From NCBI GenBank assembly GCA_015661985.1, contig DQVB01000391.1, positions 1 to 43,394 of the forward strand: DNA of 43,394 nucleotides. The letters are read 5' to 3'. The notes under the pieces were generated by a model. The model saw only the letters and a program-made list of their open reading frames with translations, was not told the DNA's origin and searched no databases. Both the position numbers and the translations under genes were made by a program. The first letter of the stretch is position 1; every line of letters starts with the position of its first letter. Below are positions 1 to 9,723 of the stretch, one piece after another. The DNA comes from Planctomycetota bacterium (lineage in GTDB: Bacteria; Planctomycetota; Planctomycetia; Pirellulales; Thermoguttaceae).

Positions 1-340
1 CCTCGCTCACCTGGCGGCGGCTGAGGGTCTGTAGACAGAGCTTCATCGAAGCGATAGGCGATTTGAATTCGTGGGTCACGCTATCGATGAAGTTCGACTG
101 GCGACGGTTGAGGTTGATCGTCTTGATGGAGAGCCCCAGATAGATGATCACACCCACCAGCAGCAAGACCAAGAAAGCGGACCCCACCGAAAGCAGGGTC
201 CAACTGAGACCGGCCAGCCGCGGCGCCCCCACAATGCCGAGCGTGGCCAGAAACACCCAGCCCACGGCCAACACGACCAGGATGGCGGTCATGGCTATGG
301 CCAGGATGATGGGCAAACCGAGCGAACGGCGGGCGGACAT
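1..340 (-). CDS. sensor histidine kinase, N-terminal part (partial, continues past left window edge)
   Basis: Not in the ORF track because it runs off the window. Reverse-strand ATG at 340..338 gives MSARRSLGLPIILAIAMTAILVVLAVGWVF... Two hydrophobic helices are followed by NFIDSVTHEFKSPIASMKL, a HisKA H-box. Confidence 0.75.
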   Translation of the reverse strand, partial: MSARRSLGLPIILAIAMTAILVVLAVGWVFLATLGIVGAPRLAGLSWTLLSVGSAFLVLLLVGVIIYLGLSIKTINLNRRQSNFIDSVTHEFKSPIASMKLCLQTLSRRQVSE

Positions 341-464
341 GGCAAGAACGCTCGTGAGCGAAGGTCCCATTGCCAGCGAAGTCTCATCAATCCTAGCACA
401 GCCCTGCGGCCCCCGTCAACGGTCGGCGCGGCGGGGTTACGGACCAGGTTCGCAGGGGGTCATC

Positions 465-2276
465 TCAGCCCCCGGCCACCACGGCCAACGGATCGGGGGC
501 GGGGCGGCTTCCCCGCTCCACTGTGGGGACGACCACACTCTGGCAGGGCTCCAGGCCTTCGGCCTTCGGGACGGCTGTTCGCCAGGCCGCTTCGTTGGCT
601 TCGTAGAAGGTAGGGGGCTCGTAGGTCCAGCCGCTGGCCAGGCGCTTTGCTTCCCGCCGTGTCTTCCAGAGCACGTAAGGTCCCCCCAGGACCGCGGCGA
701 CCCGCGACTTCCAGCCGAAATGGCGGTGCAGCTCGCCGAGGATCTCCCGCATCTTGGCGTACATGCGAGGCTGGTGGCGATAGTAGCCTTTCATGGCGGC
801 CAGCACGGCGGAATAAGTGGTGTCCAACTCACGCGCCTCCCAGGCGAAACGGCGGCGGATACGCGCGTGCGGATGGTTCCGGTACCGCTTCCAACCGGCC
901 AGGGTGGTGCGCACGATCCGCGCCACACTGGGCCCGTTCACCTCGAAGTCGCGGCGGAACGCTCGCCGCAACAGCTCCGTCTCCGCGCCCTCCGGGATGT
1001 GGGGATGCCGGTAATTGAAAATGTATTGCCCGTGGATGTCCGCCACATGATACTCGTCTTCGCCCTTCATGCGGCCCTGGGCGGAAAGCTCCGCAAAAAG
1101 CGGCGTTCCCGGAATCGGCGTGTACAGCATGAACTGATGGAAGTCCGTGTCGTAGCGCACGGCGTAGTCGATTACCGCGTCGATGTTCTCCGGGGTGTGG
1201 TCTTCCAGGCCGATGATCGTGGAGCCCAACACCCGAATGCCATGCGACTGGAGCTGGCGCACCAGCTGGAACGTGTCCGTGCCGCGGAGCTTCGCATAGC
1301 GGCTGTCCTTGCCCTCCAGGCCCATCCAGACCCACGAGATACCCAGTCCCACCAGCTGCTCCATGGAATAGCGACGCAACACATTGGCTGAGCTGAATAC
1401 GTGCAGCGCCCATGCTTTGTCATGCGCCTCCATCAGCTCCAGCAGCCGCAGGGCGCGCTTGCGATGGAGCAGGAAGTTCTCGTCCATCACAAAGAACGAA
1501 CAGACCTGCATGGCCTCCTCCACCTGGCACATGATCTGGAAAAGCTCATCGCCCGTTTCGTAGAAGTCGATGAACTTGCCTTTCCCGCCGAACATCGCCG
1601 AGGTGGAGCAGAAGTTGCAGCCCATGGGGCAACCCACCGACGGAATAATCGTGGCCGCCACATCCCCAGGTCTCTCCCGCGCGGAGATCCCCATGTTTCG
1701 CGTACCGAAGGCCGAAAGGATCAGCGGATGACGGATGGGAGCGTCCTCGTCCTGGCCCAAGAACCGCCGGAACCACCGCACCCCCTCGCCCTTGACCACC
1801 CAATCCGCATCGACCCGCTGGTCCAGGTCGGGCACATTGGCGATGTGGCCGCCCACGACGATGGTGGCCTCCGGCTGATACTGCCGGACCAGTTGGCACA
1901 TCTTCCGCACTTTGAGGAGGTTGGGGATGATGCTGCTGATGCCGACCACGTCATAGGGACGGCTCCGGAGTTCCTGGACGAATCGCTCCAAGCTGGGGAA
2001 ATCCAAAACGGTGCACGGGGCATCCAGGTTGCACTGGATGAGCATCAATCCCCATGAACGATGGAACATGCGCACCGAAAAAGGGCCCTGCTCCCGGGTG
2101 ACCTGGTTGTGGTAGAGCTCCATCGGGTTCATCCGCCGACTACCGTACTGGTCGTCCTCGCCGTACGGACCAAAGACGCTGGCCAGTAATACGCGAGCCC
2201 GGGATCCCAACGGATGAGTCGCCTTGGGGGAATGGGCAGCGAACTGGATTCTGGTAGGTCGATCAAGGGCTGGCAT
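465..2276 (-). CDS. B12-binding domain radical SAM protein (class B radical SAM family)
   Basis: ORF 465..2765, trimmed to the internal ATG at 2276 (MPALDRPTRIQF). The first 163 codons are Arg/Pro-rich junk. It has a B12-binding-like Rossmann segment (YDVVGISSIIPN...IVVGGHIA) and the CxxxCxxC motif GCPMGCNFCST. Confidence 0.85.
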   Translation of the reverse strand: MPALDRPTRIQFAAHSPKATHPLGSRARVLLASVFGPYGEDDQYGSRRMNPMELYHNQVTREQGPFSVRMFHRSWGLMLIQCNLDAPCTVLDFPSLERFVQELRSRPYDVVGISSIIPNLLKVRKMCQLVRQYQPEATIVVGGHIANVPDLDQRVDADWVVKGEGVRWFRRFLGQDEDAPIRHPLILSAFGTRNMGISARERPGDVAATIIPSVGCPMGCNFCSTSAMFGGKGKFIDFYETGDELFQIMCQVEEAMQVCSFFVMDENFLLHRKRALRLLELMEAHDKAWALHVFSSANVLRRYSMEQLVGLGISWVWMGLEGKDSRYAKLRGTDTFQLVRQLQSHGIRVLGSTIIGLEDHTPENIDAVIDYAVRYDTDFHQFMLYTPIPGTPLFAELSAQGRMKGEDEYHVADIHGQYIFNYRHPHIPEGAETELLRRAFRRDFEVNGPSVARIVRTTLAGWKRYRNHPHARIRRRFAWEARELDTTYSAVLAAMKGYYRHQPRMYAKMREILGELHRHFGWKSRVAAVLGGPYVLWKTRREAKRLASGWTYEPPTFYEANEAAWRTAVPKAEGLEPCQSVVVPTVERGSRPAPDPLAVVAGG

Positions 2277-3018
2277 GTTCGGAATCCTCTCCAATGGGGT
2301 GCCGTCCCGCTTGCCGTAGGTGCGGCGTCTTCCACGCGGTCGGGGCGATCGGGCAATCATAGCCTCTATCGCCTCCCCACAGGTCAACGATACGTCTGCA
2401 TTGTGTAAAACCTTTGTAATAGCCGGCCTGAGTGCATCTTCAGCCGGCCATCCGCCCTGCCGCTGGCTGCCCCGGGCACGGCAGCCTGGGGGGGCACGCC
2501 TTGGCCCGGGCCCCGGCGTCTCTCGGCTTGCAAGTCTCCGGGGACCCGGAGACGGCGGCCAGGCCTTCGCGCATCGGCCACCACAGGGCGCAGACGCCCA
2601 TGGCTGGCGCGTAAACCGGAGGGACTCGCCCGACGAAAACCGATGCCGCCATCCCCAGAAGCGCACGCCCACCGAAGTTGCCCTCCGGCGCGGGGGCTCG
2701 TCTCCGCGCCGGGCTTTCGCCGGCAGCGGGACGGGCACGGACGGTTGACAACGGGCTCGGGGCACCGGTAGGGTCGAGGTGTATTCCCCGTCAATGCCGT
2801 CGCGAGACGCTTTCGCCCTGGGCCGATGAACAAGGTCAGCGAGTCTCGTGGGACAAGCGTCCCCGCTTCTCCCGGTTGCCCGGATTCGATCACCCAGACT
2901 GCCTCAACAGACGTATCCTCATGTTCCGGGCAAGCGAGGACGCTTACCCAACGACTCTTTCCTCAGCTCAGCTTTCGCCCTGTTTCCCGCTCCCTTTCCT
3001 CAACCAAGGAGACTGGCC

Positions 3019-3486
3019 ATGCCCGTCAAACGGCTCAAACAGTTTCTGGACAGCCACAACGTGAATTACATCAGCATCACTCATTCGCCGGCCATCACCG
3101 CCCAGGAGATCGCCGCCAGCGCCCATGTGCCTGGCAAGGAATTGGCCAAGACCGTGATGGTCAAAATCGATGGCAAGATGGCGATGGCGGTCCTGCCGGC
3201 GTCGTACAAAGTCGACTTTCAGCTCTTGCGGGAGGCAGCCGGAGCCGAACAGGTCGAATTGGCCGACGAGCGTGAATTCAAAGACATGTTCCCCGAATGC
3301 GAAGTGGGAGCCATGCCGCCCTTTGGGAACCTCTATGACATGGAAGTCTACGTGTCTCGCAGCCTGGCCGAGGATGAGCAGATCGCCTTCAACGCCGGGA
3401 GCCACACGGAGCTGATCCGGTTGGCCTACCAGGACTTCGAGCGGCTGGTGAAGCCCAAGGTCGTACGGTTGGCTGCGAAAGACTGA
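3019..3486 (+). CDS. YbaK/ProX-type aminoacyl-tRNA deacylase domain protein
   Basis: ATG at 3019 preceded by AAGGAG (3006-3011). The sequence [17 protein letters not shown]...[24 protein letters not shown]...[10 protein letters not shown] is typical of the YbaK family. Confidence 0.8.
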   Translation: MPVKRLKQFLDSHNVNYISITHSPAITAQEIAASAHVPGKELAKTVMVKIDGKMAMAVLPASYKVDFQLLREAAGAEQVELADEREFKDMFPECEVGAMPPFGNLYDMEVYVSRSLAEDEQIAFNAGSHTELIRLAYQDFERLVKPKVVRLAAKD

Positions 3487-3529
3487 AATGGCTGCCCCCG
3501 CCGGCACGCCGCCCGGGTCGGGCTCTGGC

Positions 3530-4558
3530 TCAAGGCCGACCGCAGCGGGCTGCTCCGGCGGCCGCATCAAGGAAGGCCAGGATGTTTTCCAGCGGAACGT
3601 CGGCTTGGATCGTGATGGCTGGCTCCAGCAAATAGCCGCCGCCCCAGCCCATGGCTCGTTGCAGTCGCCGCACCTCCTGGCGGAGTTGTTCGGGGGTAGC
3701 TTGCACCAGCGTCTGCTGGGTGCCCAGTCCACCGAAGAAGGTCAAATGCCTGCCGAATTGGCGTTTCAATTCCAGGATGTCCATCGCCTCGGGCTGGATC
3801 GGGTGCAGGATGTCCAACCCCAGATCGACCAGGTCAGGCACGATGGCCCGCACGTTGCCGCAGGAGTGGAGCATCACGGCCTTGCCGCCCGCCTTGGCGC
3901 GGGCGATGATCCGGGCCAGCCGGGGCTTGATCAACTGGCGCCAGTCTCGGGGGCTGATGACCAAAGCTCGCTGGGTGCCGTAGTCGTCGCTCAACGCCAC
4001 GCCGTCGAAGGCAAACCGCTCCAGGAGGACTTCCAAGGTACCCAGCACGTATTGGGCGATCGCTTCCAACAGGTCTGCCACGAACGGCTTCTGGAGGGCC
4101 ACATAGGTGAGCAGCTGCTCCATACCACACATGAAAGAGGCCCGCTCCCAAAGGTCTCCGATCCAGAGGATTGTATACTGGGACGCGTTTCGGCAGCACC
4201 ATGGGCCCAGCTCGGCAAAACGGTACGGCGCGGAGGGATCGGGAAAGCGGTAGCCCTTCAGCGTAGGAGCGTTCAGGCACGGCCCCACAGGGCTGCCGCG
4301 GTCGATCGGGCTGGTGGCCCATACCACCCCGAATTCGTCCACCGCCCGCGGCCCGAACTGTTGCGGGTGGGCATAGAGGGGTTTGATGCTCCGCGGCCCG
4401 GCCATGCGGATGGGCAAGTCCAGAAACGCCTCGACCTCCTCAGTCCCGTAGTACACCTCCAACGATCGTCGGGGCTGCGGGGAAAGCGGCAGGTGGTACG
4501 GGACGGGCAGCCCGTCCTGGTGATCCAATACCCGCTGGACCCATTCCTTGTTGGACAC
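3530..4558 (-). CDS. uroporphyrinogen decarboxylase (URO-D) family protein, MtaA/CmuA-like
   Basis: ORF 3530..4690. I prefer the GTG at 4558 (GGGAG lies 7 nt upstream); an alternative ATG is at 4648. URO-D-like C-terminal half: DDYGTQRALVISP...VMLHSCGNV...LDILHPIQPEAMD. Confidence 0.75.
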   Translation of the reverse strand: MSNKEWVQRVLDHQDGLPVPYHLPLSPQPRRSLEVYYGTEEVEAFLDLPIRMAGPRSIKPLYAHPQQFGPRAVDEFGVVWATSPIDRGSPVGPCLNAPTLKGYRFPDPSAPYRFAELGPWCCRNASQYTILWIGDLWERASFMCGMEQLLTYVALQKPFVADLLEAIAQYVLGTLEVLLERFAFDGVALSDDYGTQRALVISPRDWRQLIKPRLARIIARAKAGGKAVMLHSCGNVRAIVPDLVDLGLDILHPIQPEAMDILELKRQFGRHLTFFGGLGTQQTLVQATPEQLRQEVRRLQRAMGWGGGYLLEPAITIQADVPLENILAFLDAAAGAARCGRP

Positions 4559-4862
4559 CTTTGGGCTCCCTGGTGTAGCCAGCCTGGTGGCAGCCGACCT
4601 CGGGCCTCGCCATGGCCGGCGGCACCCTTCCGCACGAAGTCCACTCATGGTAACTTTAAGCGATTCTCGCAAGACCACGATGTCGCACACCGGGGCGGAT
4701 CAAGGTGCCGGGGGCTTGCGGGGCCGTTCGGCCGGGCGGAAGCCCGGTCGGTGGAGGTCTGGTGACAGCCTCTCACAACGTTGGCTGGCACGGGGCCCGA
4801 TGCCCTGGTCGGTGTAGATTATCTCCTCAACCAGGCTAAACTCCAACTGCGAAAGGGTTCCC

Positions 4863-5837
4863 ATGGGCCGGCGCTTCGTCAAAGAGTTAGGGCAACAGGA
4901 AAGCGTTGACGAGGTGTTTCTTGCTTCCGGCAAACAGCTTCGCCCCAATCGAAACGGCAACTTGTATCTTCAGGTGGAGCTGTCCGATCGGACCGGAGCC
5001 ATCAGCGCCCGGATGTGGAACGCCACCGAGTCGCTGTATCGGTCTTTTGACAACGGGGACTACGTGCGGGTCTGCGGCACCACCCAGCTGTACCAGGGTT
5101 CCCTGCAGCTGATCGCCACCCGCTTGACAAAGGTCTTTCCGGAGGAGGTGCGGGAGGAGGATTTCGTGCCCTTGCCCTCGACGGCCCTGGAAAAGCTGGT
5201 GGCAAGGCTTTCCGAACTGCTCCGCAGCCTCGAGGACCCGCAGCTGAAGACGTTGGCCGAGTGCTTCTTGCTGGACGACCAGTTCATGGAACAGTTCGCT
5301 CGCGCCCCGGCGGGGGTGAAGCACCACCACGCCTACCAGGGCGGATTGCTGGAGCATGTGGTGAACCTCATGGAGGTGGCCAACCGCGTGGCGCCCTGTT
5401 ATCCCCAGATCAACCGCGATCTGCTGTTGGCCGGAGCGTTTCTGCACGACATCGGCAAGGTGAGCGAATTGAGCTACCAGCGCGAACTGGCCTACACGGA
5501 CGAGGGGCAGCTGATCGGGCACCTGGTGATGGGCGTGGGCCTATTGGACGCCAAGGTGCGGGAAGCGGAGAGGCTTTCCGGCGAGGCCTTTCCGGAGGAT
5601 CTGCTGCTGCGGCTGAAGCACATGATCGTCAGCCATCATGGTCAGTACGAGTTCGGTAGCCCCAAGCTGCCGATGACGCTGGAAGCACTGGCGCTATACT
5701 ACCTGGACAGCTTGGACGCCAAGGTCTTTGCCTTCCACCAACAGCTGGAGGACGACCCCAACGTGGACAGCTCGTGGACGTGTTTTCATCCGACGCTGGG
5801 GCGGAAGCTCTTCAAGGGGATCGTGGCGCCGGAATGA
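4863..5837 (+). CDS. yhaM: 3'-5' exoribonuclease YhaM-like (OB-fold plus HD domain phosphohydrolase)
   Basis: N-terminal OB-fold (LYLQVELSDRTGAISARMWN). HD domain motifs HHHAYQGGLLEHV and FLHDIGK...SHHG. Sits directly upstream of rnr. Confidence 0.8.
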   Translation: MGRRFVKELGQQESVDEVFLASGKQLRPNRNGNLYLQVELSDRTGAISARMWNATESLYRSFDNGDYVRVCGTTQLYQGSLQLIATRLTKVFPEEVREEDFVPLPSTALEKLVARLSELLRSLEDPQLKTLAECFLLDDQFMEQFARAPAGVKHHHAYQGGLLEHVVNLMEVANRVAPCYPQINRDLLLAGAFLHDIGKVSELSYQRELAYTDEGQLIGHLVMGVGLLDAKVREAERLSGEAFPEDLLLRLKHMIVSHHGQYEFGSPKLPMTLEALALYYLDSLDAKVFAFHQQLEDDPNVDSSWTCFHPTLGRKLFKGIVAPE

Positions 5838-5911
5838 GCGGGCGACGGGCCGGCCTTTTGCGGCTGCGGGGTTGCCGGCCCTTCCCATTCCCATGCCGTA
5901 AGGACGGGGTG

Positions 5912-8158
5912 ATGGACCAGGGGGAACTGGAACAAGCCATTCTGGAGCATGTGGGTCAGCTGGGCTACGAGCCGGCCAAGCCGCGGGTGATTGCCCGGCG
6001 ATTGGGCATGGGGGGAGATGACGAGGCCCAGGTTCGGCGGGCGATCAAGCGCCTGGTGCATCAGGGCCGACTGCGGTACGGACCCAAGCACATGGTTCAA
6101 CCGGCCGATCCGACGCGCCCGCGCCCGGGGCGGGTGGTGGGCGTGTTCCGGCGGATGGAGGCCGGCTATGGCTTTGTGCGACCCTCGACGGTCCGGCCTG
6201 GGGAAACGGTCGAGGAGATCTTCATCCCGGCCCGCAGGACGCGCGACGCGGCTACCGGGGACGTGGTAGCCGTGGAGCTTTCCCGCAAGCGGGCTGGCCA
6301 GCCGCCGGGGCCCCGGGGCAAGATCGTCGAAGTGATCGAGCGCCAGACGCATCAGTTCGTGGGCACGTACAGCGAGTCGGCCGGGGCGGCGTACGTCGAG
6401 GTCGATGGGACGCTGTTCGCCCATCCGATTTACGTGGGCGACCCCGGCACGCATCGCGTACGCCCTGGGGACAAGGTGGTCATCGAAATGCTCCGGTTCC
6501 CTTCGCCCTTTCGGGAAGGCGAAGCGGTGATCACCGAGGTGCTCGGGCCCCTGAGCCGCCCGGGGGTGGATACGCTGAGCATCCTCCGCGAATTCAGCCT
6601 CCCTGAGGCGTTTCCCGAGGAGGTGGTGGAGGAAGCCCGCGCCGAAGCCGAGCGGTTCGATGAGGAGCAATTCGCCGATCGGGTCGACGCGACCAAGGAA
6701 ACCATCATCACCATCGATCCGCCCGACGCGAAGGATTTTGACGATGCCATCTCACTGGTCCCGCTGGAAGAGGGCCGCTGGCGACTGGGTGTCCATATCG
6801 CCGACGTGGCTCACTTCGTGCGACCGAAAACGGGACTGGACCGCGAGGCCCGTCAGCGGGCCACCAGCGTCTACCTGCCGGACCGCGTCATCCCCATGTT
6901 GCCCGAGTTGATCTCCAACGGGTTGGCCAGCCTTCAGCCGGGCAAACGGCGGCTGGCCAAATCGGTCTACATCGAACTGACGGCGGATGGACTGCCCGTG
7001 ACCACCGACATCCGCCGTTCGGTGATCAAGAGCCGCAAGCGGCTCACGTACCAGCAGGTGGACCAGGTGCTGGCCGATCCGGACCCGTGGCGACGCAAGT
7101 TGGGGGTGCGCGTGGTGGAGCTTTTGATGCGGATGCGCGAGTTGGCCAGGGTACTCCGCCAGCGCCGTTTCCGCCACGGTGCCCTGGAACTCTGCATGCC
7201 GGAGGTGGACGTTGACCTGGACCGGCACGGTCGCGTGGTGGGTGCCAGTGTGGTGCCGTACACCGAAAGCCATCAGATCATCGAAGAGTTCATGTTGGCG
7301 GCCAACGAGGCCATCGCCCGGTGGCTGGCGGAAAAGGAGATCCCCTTTTTGCGCCGGGTCCATCCCTCACCTACGCCGCGCAAGCTGAAGGCACTGACCG
7401 AGTTCGTCACAGAACTGGGACTGGCCGTCGGCAGCCTGGAGAACCGCTTCGAACTGCAGAAGCTGCTCCGCCATGTGACCGGCCGGCCGGAGCAGCATGC
7501 CGTGCACTACGCCGTGCTTCGGTCGCTGCCCCGGGCTGTTTACAGCCCCGAGCCGGCGGGGCATTACGCCCTGGCCAGCGACTGTTACTGCCATTTCACC
7601 TCGCCCATCCGCCGCTACCCCGACCTGACCGTCCACCGACTGGTCGACGCCGTGTTGGACGGCACGCGGCCAGCCATCGATGCGGATCAGCTGGTCGTGC
7701 TCGGCGAACACTGCTCCGAACAGGAACAGCGCGCCGAGGCTGCCGAGCGGGAACTAACCCGTCTGAAGCTGTTGGCCTATCTCAGCGATCGCATCGGCCA
7801 AGTCATGGAAGCCGTGGTGACCGGCGTGGAAAGCTACGGGCTCTTCGTCCAGGGCTTGGAGCTGCCCGCTGAAGGACTGATCCACATCAGCTCGTTGGCC
7901 GACGATTTCTATCGCTTCGACCGCGCCGGCCATACGCTGGCCGGCCACCGATCGGGCAACACGTTCCGGCTGGGCGACGTACTCCAGGTGGCCGTTCATC
8001 GCGTGGACCTGGAACGGCGCCAACTCGATTTCCGCCTGGTGGAAAAGCGCCGACCGAGCGAACGGGCGTTGGCCCCAGCCGGCCAGCGGGGGTACGTGGA
8101 GACGAAACGGAAAGGGTCGCCCAAGAAGACGACCAAGAAAAAACGCCGCAAGAAATGA
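5912..8158 (+). CDS. rnr: ribonuclease R
   Basis: ORF 5774..8158, trimmed to the ATG at 5912 (AAGGACGGGG upstream). RNB catalytic core (TIDPPDAKDFDDAISL, HFTSPIRRYPDL), C-terminal S1 domain and a Lys-rich tail. Confidence 0.93.
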   Translation: MDQGELEQAILEHVGQLGYEPAKPRVIARRLGMGGDDEAQVRRAIKRLVHQGRLRYGPKHMVQPADPTRPRPGRVVGVFRRMEAGYGFVRPSTVRPGETVEEIFIPARRTRDAATGDVVAVELSRKRAGQPPGPRGKIVEVIERQTHQFVGTYSESAGAAYVEVDGTLFAHPIYVGDPGTHRVRPGDKVVIEMLRFPSPFREGEAVITEVLGPLSRPGVDTLSILREFSLPEAFPEEVVEEARAEAERFDEEQFADRVDATKETIITIDPPDAKDFDDAISLVPLEEGRWRLGVHIADVAHFVRPKTGLDREARQRATSVYLPDRVIPMLPELISNGLASLQPGKRRLAKSVYIELTADGLPVTTDIRRSVIKSRKRLTYQQVDQVLADPDPWRRKLGVRVVELLMRMRELARVLRQRRFRHGALELCMPEVDVDLDRHGRVVGASVVPYTESHQIIEEFMLAANEAIARWLAEKEIPFLRRVHPSPTPRKLKALTEFVTELGLAVGSLENRFELQKLLRHVTGRPEQHAVHYAVLRSLPRAVYSPEPAGHYALASDCYCHFTSPIRRYPDLTVHRLVDAVLDGTRPAIDADQLVVLGEHCSEQEQRAEAAERELTRLKLLAYLSDRIGQVMEAVVTGVESYGLFVQGLELPAEGLIHISSLADDFYRFDRAGHTLAGHRSGNTFRLGDVLQVAVHRVDLERRQLDFRLVEKRRPSERALAPAGQRGYVETKRKGSPKKTTKKKRRKK

Positions 8159-8350
8159 CGGCACACAGCATCGTGAGGCCGGTTCTCCTGAGCCGGGCTT
8201 TGCGACGGTCAGGAGCAGAACACGCTCGGCTCGGAGAACTCCGCTCAGAGAGCCAAGCTGCGGAGATGGCCAGCAGCGAGCCTGTCGCGCCCCGTCGGGC
8301 TTGTCAGCGCAGGTGCCGGCTGAACACAATGGTGCGTGAAAGGCAGAGCC

Positions 8351-8956
8351 ATGCACCTTTTCGCCATGCCCCCGCCCCCGTCAGCCGGCCAATGCTTCAT
8401 TTTGGCCCTCGTTTTTGGGCTGCTCGGGCACCAATGCTGCCGGATGGCCTTCAGGCGCCTGCGCGTTGGGCGTGAACCGGCTCGGTGTGCCAAGTGGGTC
8501 TCCACCGGTGCGCTGGCCGGCGGTTTGCTTGCTGCTCTCGCCGGGCCGATAGCATTGCCTCCTGGTGCCATGCCGCATTGGATTGGTTACAACGTCCAGG
8601 ATACGCTCATCCGCTCTTTCCTCGGCGCTTTAGCCGGCATCGTGCTCGCGTCGCTGGCCGTTCGCTCGACGAAGGAGGGCAAAGCATCGAGGCCCCGTCC
8701 CGATGCCTTCCAGTTCGGTGTTTCGGGGCTTCTGCTTTTCACAACGCTCGTCGGTTTTTCCTGCGCCATCTTTGCGTCGTCCGCCTCCGTGGGGTCCCTG
8801 GTGTTCCTCGAGCTGTTTGTCATGGTGTACCCCTTCGCTGTCGACGTCCGTTCCGGCCTGGCAGACGCTGGCCGTGGCACAGAGAAACGAGGGAACTCCG
8901 ACACCTCTGGGCCGTCTGAGGTGCTCGACGACCGGACGCCGCGAAAGAAGGCCTGA
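8351..8956 (+). CDS. hypothetical membrane protein
   Basis: ORF 8336..8956. ATG at 8351 follows GAAAGG. It has 4-5 hydrophobic segments and T-rich third codon positions that are atypical for this window. I recognised no family. Confidence 0.5.
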   Translation: MHLFAMPPPPSAGQCFILALVFGLLGHQCCRMAFRRLRVGREPARCAKWVSTGALAGGLLAALAGPIALPPGAMPHWIGYNVQDTLIRSFLGALAGIVLASLAVRSTKEGKASRPRPDAFQFGVSGLLLFTTLVGFSCAIFASSASVGSLVFLELFVMVYPFAVDVRSGLADAGRGTEKRGNSDTSGPSEVLDDRTPRKKA

Positions 8957-9177
8957 CGGATACCCTCGCGTGGCCCTGCGTTAGTTGCCTTGGGGCAGCG
9001 CTGCGTGATGGCTCGGCGCGTCGAGTGTGGCGGCGATATCGTTATCTGTAGCGACCGAGCTGGCTGCGGGGCCTCGGGGAATGTGTGGTTCCCACCAGCG
9101 CCTGGCTTGTGGACTCATCGTCCTGTCCCACACCCCGAGGCTCAGCCCCTTGGCATCCGGCCGGCGTCGGGCACCGC

Positions 9178-9510
9178 TCAGTATTGGGAGATCCCCCACA
9201 CGGCGGCCAAGTATTCCAAGCCAACCGAACGCGAGATCGTCTCGAACCGCACCTCGGGCGGCTCGATGGACACGTCGATCAGGGCCACGAGGTTCCGATA
9301 CCGGTCGCTGCGCAGGTGGCGCACCAGATCGTCCTCCGTCTCCCACTGTTCGACGTAACTGATGGCATGTTCTTCTTCCGCATCCACGTAGAGATGACAG
9401 CGGATGCAACCGCGCTCGACCCGGGTGGGGCCGGCGAAAAGACGAAAGGCCCGCAGGATCTCGTCCCGTTTCCTTCGAGGTGCGACTATCCTCAAAGTGG
9501 CCTGGATCAT
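9178..9510 (-). CDS. ABM (antibiotic biosynthesis monooxygenase-like / Dabb) domain protein
   Basis: ORF 9178..9609, trimmed to the ATG at 9510 (MIQATLRIV...). The pattern RGCIRCHLYVD...YVEQWETEDDLVRHLRS is typical of a ferredoxin-like ABM fold. Confidence 0.65.
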   Translation of the reverse strand: MIQATLRIVAPRRKRDEILRAFRLFAGPTRVERGCIRCHLYVDAEEEHAISYVEQWETEDDLVRHLRSDRYRNLVALIDVSIEPPEVRFETISRSVGLEYLAAVWGISQY

Positions 9511-9723
9511 GGAACGACGCACCTCGTCCCCTGGCCGGCAATCGGCGCTGCCGACCGGCGGCTGGCCGTGAGCCCCGAGCCGCCGTACAGCCACGGTGTC
9601 ACGGGCCACATGATGGGGAGCGCTCTTCCCACGGGTTTTCTCCTTGGGCGCGACCGGAGGGCCACGCGTGACGGTACGCTTCCTCCGACGAGCTTCCGGC
9701 GGCCTCGCCTGGCCCGCTGAGGG

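Noticed and set aside
2277-2760. Cobalamin riboswitch upstream of the B12-binding radical SAM gene.
   Set aside because: I found no B12 box and no GCCACUG or GGGAA-GGUGAAA core on either strand by eye. It needs a covariance-model scan, and I make no claim.
2277-2765. N-terminal 163 codons of ORF 465..2765. Comparable upstream extensions occur on the ORFs at 5774, 12626..14422, 15942..17045, 19544..20863 and 17892..19388.
   Set aside because: The extensions are low-complexity and Arg/Pro-rich. They precede internal start codons that have good RBSs and match family N-termini. The starts were trimmed accordingly.
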